Positions 17,144 to 27,800 of a DNA stretch of 64,000 bases are shown here, in pieces. How positions within the stretch are numbered: the stretch's first letter is position 1; each line of letters opens with the position of its first letter. The notes under the pieces are model-generated. The model was not told where the DNA came from. It searched no databases and saw nothing but the letters and a program-made list of their open reading frames with translations. The position numbers and the translations under genes were made by a program. The stretch is from Dehalococcoidia bacterium (GTDB taxonomy: Bacteria; Chloroflexota; Dehalococcoidia; Lucifugimonadales; JADFKI01), in the NCBI GenBank assembly GCA_965221045.1, contig CBDCRO010000003.1:96016-160015 (forward strand), in the 5' to 3' direction.

Positions 17144-18343
17144 CTACTCCACCGATTCTTCCTGCTCGATCTGTTCGGCATACGCAAGGGATACTTCGTG
17201 CGAAAAGCCTTCTGCCCGTGAATGAGCATAGTTAGAGGCGAATTCTTGTGTCCTGTCCCCTTTGACCTGTTTAGCAAACGCATCAGCAAACGCAAACGCA
17301 TATTCGTGAGTTTTCCCCTGATCGCGCAGCTGCGCATACGCAAGCACAAGGATGTCAGATACACCTGGCGGGAGTCTCTTCAGATATTCAGGATAGGAGG
17401 CAGCTTCTTCGTGGGATTTGCCCTCCATAAGCTGCAATGCATAATAAGCGACATACCGTTCGTCCCCACGCTCTGATTTGACTATCCGGGATGCTTGCAC
17501 GTATGCGCGAGCATATTCCACGAGTGCTCCCTCTTCAATTCTTTCGGCGTAAATGACTGCGTATCCGTGCGAGACACCTTCGTCTCGGGCTTCAGTATAG
17601 GCTTCGAGAAATGCCTGCCTGCCTTTAGCCTCATGCTCGGCGTAAAAGGCTGCATCTTCTACTGATTTACCTTCTGCTATGGCTTTGGTGTAGGCATCAA
17701 AATACTGCGGGTCATCAGCATACGCTCGCGCCGTTTCAGCCGAGGCGCCTTGCATGCGCTTCTGTGCGTAGATAGCAGCGAAGGCGTCTAGGCCGCCTCC
17801 CGCCATTCCGCCTCCCACCTCGGCAAAATACCGGGCGTATTCATCCGATTTACCGTATCTGATTACCTGCTCTGTGTATCCGGTGGCATAACTCTTCGCC
17901 ACGGCCTCTGATTCGCCAACTCCGATCTGCTCCCTGTAAATGTCATCGAAAAGTTTGGCGTTTTTGTCGTATAGCTCACATCCTTCCAGATAGATAAATG
18001 CGCCTAGAGAGTCAGCACTTCCGTGAGCGCCGTCGCAGCGCAAGTCTGCCTCATCCCCTCTATCCAACGTCAACAGTTCGTCTTCACCCTTAAGCTCTGC
18101 CTCAACGTGAGTGTAACCGCCGGCCATCAGTTTTAACGTGCCGCTGTTCTGAATCTCCAACACCCTACCCGATACTAGCAGCGGCTTGTCATATTTCTTA
18201 TCTGCACGAAATGCGTTAGTCAGGTAGTCTTGCGCCATCTCTGCGATAGATACTTCTGTTAATTGCTCCTCTTCGCTGCAAGACAGGAGCACCGTTGCCA
18301 CTGCAAGCAGCGTAATGAGGCATACCACATTCTTAAGTGCCAT
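17144..18343 (-). CDS. YA-repeat lipoprotein (paralog 2)
   Basis: SD AGGAG precedes the ATG at 18343. The signal has the lipobox LLSC. The C-terminal two-thirds consists of the same unit type as 2665-4032 (SDEYARYFAEV, SVEDAAFYAEHEAKG, SHGYAVIYAERIEEG, THEYAFAFADAFAKQVKG, SHEVSLAYAEQIEQE). Confidence 0.7.
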   Translation of the reverse strand: MALKNVVCLITLLAVATVLLSCSEEEQLTEVSIAEMAQDYLTNAFRADKKYDKPLLVSGRVLEIQNSGTLKLMAGGYTHVEAELKGEDELLTLDRGDEADLRCDGAHGSADSLGAFIYLEGCELYDKNAKLFDDIYREQIGVGESEAVAKSYATGYTEQVIRYGKSDEYARYFAEVGGGMAGGGLDAFAAIYAQKRMQGASAETARAYADDPQYFDAYTKAIAEGKSVEDAAFYAEHEAKGRQAFLEAYTEARDEGVSHGYAVIYAERIEEGALVEYARAYVQASRIVKSERGDERYVAYYALQLMEGKSHEEAASYPEYLKRLPPGVSDILVLAYAQLRDQGKTHEYAFAFADAFAKQVKGDRTQEFASNYAHSRAEGFSHEVSLAYAEQIEQEESVE

Positions 18344-18506
18344 AAGTGTATATCTCCTGGAGTGTGCAAACTCTCGCGAGGTTGAGTTGAATACAACATA
18401 CAAACCATAGCACCTTGAAGTGTGACTTGACGCAAGGCACAGTGACCCGTAGTTTCCAGAACTCAGAGGTGGGTGCTGGCGAATTTATACTCCGCTAATA
18501 AGACCG

Positions 18507-19061
18507 TCACGTCACAGACGCCAGACTCCCGGACGGGTCCGGCACAAGCTCCAGGTAGATAAGTGTTGTCTGAATCGACGAGTGCCCCAGCCAGCGGGAC
18601 AAGTAATTGATCGGAATACCGTTCATCAACAGGTGGCGTGCGTAGCTGTGGCGTAGCGTGTGAGTTCCGACTCTCTTCCCCGGCGCAACGGCGCCCAGTT
18701 CCTCGGCACGTTTCAGGGCCGCCTGCACCCAGCGCCAGGCTGTCGCGGGGTGCGCCTCGACGATTCTGCCCTGGATGATGTCCCCGTAGGCCAGCGCGCT
18801 GCCCAGCGCTCCATGCAACTCCGGATGCAACGGCACAAGCCTTGTCTTGCCGCCCTTGCCGGATCGCACACGCACCGTCGGATTGGGTGTATCGAGGGAC
18901 AGGTCCCGCACTTCGAGGTCGAGGGCCTCGGATACACGAAGACCGGCCCGCCACTGCTCCAGCATCAGCAGCTTCGCCTTCGGGTTGGGCGCTGCTCTGA
19001 TGATGGCGTTCACCTCGTCAGCTTCGAGATACTCCGGTATGCGCTTCTGGCGTTTGGGAGT
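18507..19061 (-). CDS. small tyrosine recombinase (FimB/XerD-like catalytic domain), 3' portion of a gene interrupted by IS110 type-2 copy a
   Basis: RAGLRVSEALDLEVRDL, HTLRHSYARHLL and WLGHSSIQTTLIYLEL give the R..HxxR..H..Y pattern. The track ORF extension to 19274 runs through the IS right end. Confidence 0.8.
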   Translation of the reverse strand, partial: TPKRQKRIPEYLEADEVNAIIRAAPNPKAKLLMLEQWRAGLRVSEALDLEVRDLSLDTPNPTVRVRSGKGGKTRLVPLHPELHGALGSALAYGDIIQGRIVEAHPATAWRWVQAALKRAEELGAVAPGKRVGTHTLRHSYARHLLMNGIPINYLSRWLGHSSIQTTLIYLELVPDPSGSLASVT

Positions 19062-19075
19062 ATCCGTGTTAGATG

Positions 19076-20047
19076 TCAAGCCGATCCGGCCTGATAAGAT
19101 GGGCAGTCGCTCCCGTACCGTTTCACCCAGGGAGTTCCTCGACGCGCCACGGCGTTTAGCTGCATCAGCAGCTTGCGTGCCACTGCTATCACAGCTACCT
19201 TGCCGGGTTTGCCGCGCTCCCGAAGACGCCGATAGAAGTCGCGTAGGTCGCCATCTACCCTGAGCACCACCCAAGCACAGATATACAGCGCCCGTCGCAC
19301 CGTCCCACGACCGCCTCGAATGGACCGATTGCCACGCTTTTTGCCGCTGTCACGCGACCAGGGAGCAAGCCCCACCAGCGATGTCAACGCCCGTCCGTCC
19401 CGCCTGCCAAGTTCGGGCAAATATGCGATAAGTGTAGCCGCGGTCAGCTGTCCCACTCCGGGTACCGTCTGATACAGTTCGACTGTCTCACTGAGACTGG
19501 CGCTGCGCTTCAACAACTCCTTGTACTCCTCATCCAACCGCTCTATCTCTCTGTCCAGCCAGCGGATGTGACGCCTGGTCGACTTCCCGACACTCCCGCT
19601 TACGCCCTTGTCCAGTCGGTTGCGCTCCCGCACCCGCTGCTCGACAAGTTGACGCCGCCTGCTCAGTAACTGCCGCAGCTCCTCACGGTCAGGATCCACA
19701 TCCGGTTGTGTTGTGTCCGACTCGGAGAACACCACGCCGTAGCGAGACAGCACCTGAGCATCGAGAGGGTCGGTCTTCGCCTCGTATCCGCACGCGCGGG
19801 CAAATGCGCGCACCCTGACCGGATGCGCCACTTCTACGCCGATCACCGTCTCCCTCAGCTTGCCTACCACAAGACGCTCATACCCACCGGTGAACTCGCA
19901 CACCGCCTTGGTCACACCTGCCCGCTCCAGATGCCTGAGCAACCTGCGAATGCCTGTCGCGCTGTTCTCAAAGCGGAGCACGGGACCTTCAGAAACTGAC
20001 ACCTCCAAAGTTGCCTTCGATACATCTATGCCTGCTACGACTATCAT
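19076..20047 (-). CDS. IS110-family transposase (type 2)
   Basis: VAGIDVSKATLEV, FTGGYERL and LVGLAPWSRDSGKKRGNRSIRGGRGTVRRALY. Paralogous to 29812-30732 and 61926-62879. Confidence 0.9.
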   Translation of the reverse strand: MIVVAGIDVSKATLEVSVSEGPVLRFENSATGIRRLLRHLERAGVTKAVCEFTGGYERLVVGKLRETVIGVEVAHPVRVRAFARACGYEAKTDPLDAQVLSRYGVVFSESDTTQPDVDPDREELRQLLSRRRQLVEQRVRERNRLDKGVSGSVGKSTRRHIRWLDREIERLDEEYKELLKRSASLSETVELYQTVPGVGQLTAATLIAYLPELGRRDGRALTSLVGLAPWSRDSGKKRGNRSIRGGRGTVRRALYICAWVVLRVDGDLRDFYRRLRERGKPGKVAVIAVARKLLMQLNAVARRGTPWVKRYGSDCPSYQAGSA

Positions 20048-20268
20048 AGTCCGACCTCCGTGTGTATTATGCCGTTGTGCTCCACACTTGCAGATGCGGG
20101 CCTCGTGCCCTTGTATCCGTTCGGAGCCACAAATGCGGCGGGAGGGGTGTCATACTCCCAAACGGTGCAGCCCGGCGCAGCAGCCTGGCTCACCCAGTCG
20201 CTCACGACGCGCCCCTCTCACCCACCTCACAAACTGACACGTTTGCAAGTCAAATACAACATACAAGT
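20048..20268 (-). ncRNA. candidate bridge-RNA-like leader of IS110 type-2 copy a
   Basis: Block-conserved in four copies. Its variable blocks match this copy's own junction (GTTTGGGAGT against ACT+CCCAAAC at the right junction; TGCGCCG against the left flank CGGCGCA). Confidence 0.55.
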
Positions 20269-20337
20269 TGCGCCGTCCTGTGTTTTAGGGTAACGCCCGC
20301 GGGGCCTGTGCCGGCGGGAGATTGCTGTGATGGCCAT
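20269..20337 (-). pseudogene. displaced 5' end (23 codons) of the small tyrosine recombinase gene
   Basis: ATG at 20337, then MAITAISRRHRPRGRYPKTQDGA, ending exactly at the IS left junction. It is in frame with 19061 downward if the IS and one ACT copy are removed. Confidence 0.45.
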
Positions 20338-20411
20338 ACAGGTTAGCCTATCCTCTCATCTGTCCGCTGCCGAACCACTCAGGTCGATCCCCAATTGGAA
20401 TCGGACTCAGT

Positions 20412-21500
20412 TCACCTTTTGCCTCCACTCTCAACTAGCATTGCGGCGGCAGAGGTGTGATTTGCCACTTCCGCTATGAAGAGAGCAGTTCTACCTTTGT
20501 CATCTCTGTCATTTACATCCGCGCCAGCTCGGATAAGCGCACTTATAGTGTCGGTGTTTCCCTCATAGCCAGCCGCCGTGTGCAACGGGATACTGCCTTG
20601 GTTCGACCTGGCAGCCACGTCAGCACCCAGGTTGATGAGCACATCGACCATTTTAATTCCGCTCTCCTCATTTCGGTCACTCGGGAAGTAGCGGATACCC
20701 ATCGAGGATCTTAGGATTGCGTAATGCAAGGGCCTAAATCCACGCGCGTCGGCGGCGTTGACATCGGCCCCGGAGTCGACAAGCATCCTTGCGAACGACA
20801 CATCCCCGTTGGCCGCCGCTATATGCAGTGGTGTCCAGCCAGCCGGTGGGCGGATGGGTTTGTGGTCAGCTCCAGCCTCGACTAGCAACTGTCCCGTTCC
20901 AATCTGTTCATTTAACGCTGCCGCATGAAGAGGTGTATAGCCTTCCTCCGTAGTGGCGTGCACATCGGCGCCAGCGGCAATAAGTTCCTTGCTCGTCAAC
21001 ACGCTTCCTCTGTACGCTGCTTCGTGCAAGGGTGTGCCATCGAACAATGTGGTGGAATCGACTTCGGCCCCGGCTGAGATTAACGCTCTAGCCACCTCCG
21101 ACTGATCGTGTCTGGCCGCAATATGCAGTGGCCTGTAAGTTAGGCTGTCCTCCGCCTCGATGTCAGCTCCAACTTCTATTAGGGTAGCGGCCATTTCCAC
21201 CAATCCGATTCTTGCTGCCAGGTGAAGTGGTGTAAGTCTATACAAGTCGATTTTTGGAGTATTTACCTCCAATGGAGTATTCACATCAACACCAACAGAT
21301 GCCAGCACTTTCACTTTCCATATCTCATTATTGAGAACAGCCGACTCCACGGTCGCACTGCCAAAAGCAGCAAGTACCACGACGGCAGCGACGATTGCGG
21401 CCGGTAATGCCAGAGCGGAGATGAGGACCCACCTCCTATTGACAGCTTGTCTGATGTCTTCCTCCAATTGCGGCGGAGTGCTACCTGCATTGTTTGACAC
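20412..21500 (-). CDS. membrane-anchored ankyrin-repeat protein
   Basis: One N-terminal TM (WVLISALALPAAIVAAVVVLAAFG) is followed by about 8 ankyrin repeats (TPLHLAARIG..., RPLHIAARHD..., TPLHEAAYRG..., TPLHAAALNE..., TPLHIAAANG..., IPLHTAAGYE...). The start is GTG. Confidence 0.9.
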   Translation of the reverse strand: MSNNAGSTPPQLEEDIRQAVNRRWVLISALALPAAIVAAVVVLAAFGSATVESAVLNNEIWKVKVLASVGVDVNTPLEVNTPKIDLYRLTPLHLAARIGLVEMAATLIEVGADIEAEDSLTYRPLHIAARHDQSEVARALISAGAEVDSTTLFDGTPLHEAAYRGSVLTSKELIAAGADVHATTEEGYTPLHAAALNEQIGTGQLLVEAGADHKPIRPPAGWTPLHIAAANGDVSFARMLVDSGADVNAADARGFRPLHYAILRSSMGIRYFPSDRNEESGIKMVDVLINLGADVAARSNQGSIPLHTAAGYEGNTDTISALIRAGADVNDRDDKGRTALFIAEVANHTSAAAMLVESGGKR

Positions 21501-21864
21501 AGAGACATCTGGTCGAGTTTATTGAGAATCGCCAGATGAAATGGTGTGTTGCCGCTACTGCCTTGCTGATTTCTATGAGGCATCTATTGTTTTCAGCGTT
21601 CCTTGCAGTTCACATAGTTCGATTTCCGTCATAGCCCTATGCAGGCGCAATACTTTCACCGATACATATTTGCAAATCGGCGGTAGGTTGTCCATTTTAA
21701 GAGGGTGTGCCAGCTACGGAGAGGGGTTGTGAATGCAAGCTTTTCGGGTATTCTTGCACTTGGCTTTTGGAATTCTCCCGCACAGTAAGTCATTGAGAAT
21801 CCCTACGCTTTACGCCATTTTCTCGATATTCAAGGGGCAGGGATTCTTACTATAAAGTTCAGCA

Positions 21865-24800
21865 TTATTGAGCGGGTCCCATCCCAACGATTGTAAGCGT
21901 GAAGTCACCGGCCTTCTCCGGCGAGTACGTGGTGACCTCTATCGTGTAGGTCTCGGCCTCTAATGTCTCTTGTATCCTCGAGTTAAAGTTGCGACCCTCA
22001 CGGTCTATGTCATCGTTCTCGTACTCGATGACGCCACCCCTACCGGAACCCTCGAGCACATACAGGTAGGTGTCTTCTGCCGATTCTAGCGTTATGGTTA
22101 CTTCTGCGGCCTCGTCAAGCGTAAATGTGTAGTAGCGCGCGAAGTAGTCCTGATTGACGCTGACGTCATCTACGTCTGGTCTGTTCTCGGACAGGCAGGA
22201 GTCGTCCCAGGTTGCTTCTATCGTGGCGTCGGCTTCAATCGACTGCACACAAGTGTCTGCTTCCGGTTCAGGCTCGGGTGCCGGCTGTTCAGCCTGACCA
22301 AGCCCCTCTATTGTCAGGGTGAAGTCTCCGGCAGTTCCGGGCTTGTATGTCGTTGCCTCGATGGTGTAGTCGCCGGGTTGCAGTGTCACAATTAATTGAG
22401 AGTTGGTGTTCGAGCCCAGGACGATGTCGTCGTGCTCGCGCAGGGTGTTACCGCTCTCACCGTGTCCATTCAGAACGTAGAGATAGGTGTCTTCCGTCGA
22501 ACTGAGAGAGATGACAATCTCAGCTGCCTCATCGAGCGTGAAGGTATAAAAGCGAGCGAACCTGTCGCCGGCGCCGCCCGGCGCCTCATTCTCAGACAGG
22601 CAGAAGTCGTCCCAGTTCGCTTCTATCGTGGCGTCGTCTTCAATGGCCTGCACGCACGAGTCAGCTTCCGGTTCAGGTAGGGGATCCGGTTCAGGCTCCA
22701 GGGTCGGCTGATCCGCCTGTCCGACGCCCTCTATCGTCAGGGTGAAATCACCGGCCTTCTCCGGCGAGTACGTGGTGACCTCTATCGTGTAGGTCTTGGC
22801 CTCTAATGTCTCTTGTATCCGCGAGTTAAAGTTGCGACCCTCACGGTCTATGTCATCGTTCTCGTACTCGATGGCGCCACCCCTACCGGAACCCTCGAGC
22901 ACATACAGGTAGGTGTCTTCTGCTGATTCCAGCGTTATGGTTACTTCTGCGGCCTCGTCAAGCGTAAATGTGTAGTAGCGCGCGAAGTAGTCCTGATTGA
23001 CGCTGACGTCATCTACGTCTGGTCTGTTCTCGGACAGGCAGGAGTCGTTCCAAGTTGCTTCTATCGTGGCGTCGGCTTCAATCGACTGCACACAAGTGTC
23101 TGCTGGCTCAGGCGCAGGGGCCTCTCCACGGGTTACTGTGACGGTGTACGTACTCGTAGTGGGATCGTCCTCTGCCGTGACCTCGACCGTGATGACGTTC
23201 TCTCCCACAGCGAGGTCAATAACTCCATCCTCGTCCTCCACTCCATCCAGCTTGATCACGTGAGTCGCCTCGAGGTCGTTCCTCACGGGAGTCACGGTCG
23301 TCTGCGTGACTTCGTTCGCCACCTCGGCGGTGTATGAGGTCGTATCCGTTTCGAAGGCGCCGAAGTCTAGTCCACTCAGCGAGAGGGACCTCAGCGTTGC
23401 GTCCGAGGAGAGCGCATCCGCTGTCTTGGCGCGGGTTACCACAGCGGTGTAGATGCGTGTCGTTGCGCCGTCCTCGGCGGTCACCCTAACAGTGATAACG
23501 TTCCTGCCCGGGGCTAGGTCAATCACGCCGTCGTCGTCTACCGTCCCACCGAGTGTGACCACATAGCTTGCGGCCGCGTCATTCAGCGTTGCCGTGACTG
23601 TCGTCTGCGTTACGTCATTGGTGACACTGCCGGTGTAACGGTATGTCGAAGAGCTGAAGTCCGTATCCAGTTCTACGCCGCTCAGAGAGAGTGCGCTCAG
23701 CGTAGCGTCCGCTGACAGCTCCGTCGTCCCGGTCGCACGCGTGTGCACCTCGAGGGACATCTCTATGATGACGGTTCCTGTGTCGCTCTTCAGCGAAAGG
23801 TCGAACCTGTACCGGGAGTCGGCAGACAGGCCGGTGTTGGAGTGGGAGTAGCTGCTACCGCCACTCGCATCACCGGATACCGTCCAGTCGGAGACTGCGA
23901 ACTCCGTGCCGTCGTGGTCGTACCTCTCAAGCACATAGCCGGTGATGCCTCGGTTGCTCGGTATCTCCCACGCCAGGCCCACCTCGTCCTCGCCAAAGCT
24001 CGTGATACGGAAGTTGACCGGCGGGTCGTCAGTTGGTAGCTCACCCGCAAGCAGGGACGGCGCCATGCGTGTAACCGTCACGGTGTAAGTAAGCTTCGTC
24101 TCACCGTCCTCGGCCGTCACTTCGACCGTTATGATGTTCTCTCCTACCTCGAGCGTGACTTCACCGTTCGTCACTGCGACTCCGTCCAGTTCTATGGTGT
24201 AGCTCGCGCCCGAGTGGCTTGCTGTCGGAGAAACGGCCGTCTGCGACACATCGGTCCCTACTTCCGTGGTGTAAGAAGTAGTGGCAGGATCGAATGTACC
24301 GAAGTCAATACCGCTCAATGACAGCGCGCTAAGGGTGCAGTCAGTGGATAGCGTACGGATCGAAGACGACGATTCTATGATCGTTGCGCCGCCATCATCC
24401 TTCAGCATCAGGACATTCTGGTACAGGGTGTCCGGCTCCAGGTCTGAGATAAGCAGCGCGTGCCCACCTCCTTCGTTCGCATTGCCTTCAAATCGTGCGC
24501 CAACTCCGCTCCCGGACGAGACGAACCCACTGCCGTCGTGCTCATGCCTTTGCACAACGTACTTGGTTATGCCCCGGTTCTGCGGCACGGACCACGCTAA
24601 ATCGACCGAGTCGTGCGTATAGCTCGACACTCTGAAATTCACCTCTGGGTCGTCGGTGGGAAGCTCACCCGTTACGGGATCGGGTGAACGTGGCGGTGTT
24701 TCATCCTGGGAGGCACGTGTGACTGCTACAGTGTAAGTACGCTTGGTCGTCCCGTTCTGCGCCGTGACCTCGACTGTGATGACGTTGCTTCCTACGGCCA

Positions 24801-27800
24801 GCGAAATGACGCCGTCGGCGTCCGTCACTCCGCCAAGCTTGATGACATAGCTTGCGCCTGAGTCGCTCGGCGTAGGCGAGACTGTCGTCTGCGACACGCT
24901 GTTGGTGACCTGAGCGGTGTATGAAGTTGTCGTCGAGTCGAATGTGCCGAAGTTGACGCCGGTCAATGTCAGTGCTCTCAGAGTTGCGTCCGTCGATAAC
25001 GGCGCCGCGCGCGTCACGGTTACGGTGTATGTCTCGGTGGTGCTTTCGTCCTCTGCAGTCACCTCGACAGTTATGACGTTGCTGCCCACGCTGAGGACGA
25101 TAACGCCGTCGGCGTCCATCACTCCACCGAGCCTGATGACATAGCTGGCCCCGGAGTGGTTCGGCGTAGGTGTGACGGTCGTCTGCGCGACGCTGTTCGC
25201 GACCTGAGCTGTGTACGAAGTCGTCGTCGTCGTAAATGCGCCGAAGTTAACGCTCGACAGAGAAAGGGCGCTGAGTGTGGCGTCCGTCGATGGCGGCGCT
25301 GCGCGTGTCACGGTTACGGTGTAGGTCCTGGTGGTCTCGCCGTCTTCCGCCGTCACCTCTACCGTGATGACGTTACTGCCCACCGCAAGGGAGACCTTGC
25401 CGTCTGCGTCGGTCACACCGCCAAGCTTGATGGCGTAGCTCGCCCCGGAGTGGTTAGCGGTCGGAGTGACCGTGGTCTGTGACACGCTGTTGCCGACTTG
25501 TGCCGTGTATGAAGTAGTCGTCGAATCGAAGGGCCCGAAGTTTATGCCACTCAGCGTCAGCGCGCTGAGCGATGCGTCGTCGGACTGTTGCTCCGGAGTG
25601 AATGGTTCCCCTCGAGTGAGTGTAACCGTGTATGTCTGTGTGGTCTTGTCGTCCTCAGCGGTCACCTCGACGGTAATGACGTTGCTGCCCACCACCAAGG
25701 AGACCGTGCCGTCTGCATCGATCACGCCACCGAGTCTGATGACGTAGCTCGCCCCGGAGTCGTTCACGGTCGGCGTGACGGTGGTCTGAGATACGCTGTT
25801 GGCAACGCTGGCGGTGTACGAAGTTGTGTCGGACGAGAATGTTCCGAAGTCAATACCACTCAATGTCAGAGCGCTGAGCGTGGCATCCGTCGAAGGCGGT
25901 TCGGCCCGCGTGACGGTCACGGTGTACGTCTTCGTAGTGCTGCCGTCCTCTGCCGTTACCTCGACGGTGATGACGTTGCTGCCCACGCTGAGGGCGATAA
26001 CGCCGTCTGCATCTGTCACTCCGCCGAGCTTTATGACGTAGCTCGCCGCCGAATGGTTCACGGTCGGAGTGACGGTGGTCTGCGAGACGCTGTTGGCGAC
26101 CTGGGCAGAGTACGAAGTGGTTGTAGAGTCGAAGCTGCCGAAATCAATGCCGCTCAGAGTCAGGCCCTTGAGAGTGGCATCGGTCGAAGGGGGCTCGGCT
26201 CGCGTAACCGTCACGGTGTATGTCTTGGTGGTGGTCGTGTCCTCGGCCGTTACCTCGACAGTGATGACGTTGCTGCCCACAGCCAGTGAGACTGTGCCAT
26301 CTGCGTCGATCACGCCGCCGAGCTTGATGACATAGCTTGCTTCCGAGCCGTTCGTTATCGCCGTAACCGTCGTCTGAGATACGCTGTTTGTGACTTGTGC
26401 GCTGTAAGACGTTGTTCCCCCAAGGAATTTACCGAAGTCTATTCCGCTTAGCGTCAGGGACTTCAGAGTGGCGTCCGTCGAGGGCGGCGCAGCGCGCGTC
26501 ACGGTTACGGTGTATGTCTTGGTCGTTTCGTTGTCCTCCGCCGTGACCTCGACGGCGATGACATTGCTGCCTACTGCTAGGGATACTGTGCCGTCCGCGT
26601 CCTCCACGCCTCCAAGCTTAATGACGTAGCTTGCCCCGGAGTGGTTCACCATCGGGGTGACGGTCGTCTGCGACACAATGTTTGCCACTTGCGCGGTGTA
26701 TGATGTCGTGCCCGAGGCGAACGTACCGAAGTTCACGCCGCTCAGCGTCAGCGCGCTCAGGGTAGCGTCAGTCGATGGGGGAGCCGAGCGTGTAACCGTT
26801 ACGGTGTAGGTCCTAGTTGTGACCAGGTCCTCTGCCGTGACCTCCACCGTGATGACGTTGCTGCCCCCAGAGAGTGAGACTGTTCCGTCTGGGTCGGTAA
26901 CGCCGCCCAGCTTGATGACATAGCTTGCCCCGTCGTCGTTAACGGTCGGTGTAACCGTCGTCTGAGACACGCTGTTGGCGACCGTACCAACGTAACTGGT
27001 GACGGTGCTATGAAATCCCGACCCGACAAAAGTGCGGTCGGTCGCCTCGAAGTCTACGTCGCTGAGGGTCAGATCGCTCAGCGTGGCATCTGACGACAAT
27101 GTAGTGGTGCCGGGCTCCGGAGGAGTGCGAACTGTCAGCGATGTCTCTATGACGGTGGCACTCTGACTGTTCAGCATCTTTGCGACCCACTTGTACAGTG
27201 TGTCCGGCTCCGGCTCAGTGTAGGTCCAGGACAGATTGAGACCGCCAAGATCATCATCGGACGTATTTTCGTAGCGCCCATCTTCTCCCGCCGACACAAA
27301 GTTGTCGCCGTCGTGCTTATACCTCTGCGTGACAGTCCCGGTGATGCCGCGATTCCTTGGCATGCTGAAGGTCAAGGCAACGTAAGTGTGAGTATAGGAA
27401 GTAGTTCGGAAGTTCACTCGAGGGTCGTCTGTCGAAAGTTCCCCTGTCGTTGGCGCAGAAGCCGCTGCGCGCGTAACTGTCGCGGTGTAGGTCCTTGTGG
27501 TCTGACCGTCCTCTGCCGTAACCTCCACTGTGATGACGTTGCTGCCTACGGCTAAGGAGATAACTCCGTCAGAGTCGGTCACGCCGCCCAGCTTGACGAC
27601 GTAGCTCGCGCCGGACTGATTTGCCATAGCCGTTACGGTCGTCTGTGCGACGCTGTTGTAAACGCTGGCGGTGAATGATGTCTGTGTTTGTGGATATCTG
27701 CGGTGGCCAAGGCCGTTACCGATATCTATGCCGCTGAGTGCCAGCCACTCGAGAGTGGCGTCCGTCGAAGGGGCCGCGCGCGTGACGGTTACGGTGTACG

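Larger units (their letters stand above)
19059..20268 (-). mobile_element. IS110-family element, type 2, copy a (1210 bp)
   Basis: Ends are defined by a four-copy comparison: the left end is ACTTGTATGTTG (sense) and the right end is CTTGACATCTAACACGGATACT. ACT is present at both junctions (20266-20268 and 19059-19061). Confidence 0.85.

Noticed and set aside
18344-18506. Possible invertible promoter (fim-switch-like) between YA-repeat gene 2 and the FimB-sized recombinase.
   Set aside because: I found no flanking inverted repeats longer than 5-6 bp around this segment, so the idea rests only on gene adjacency.
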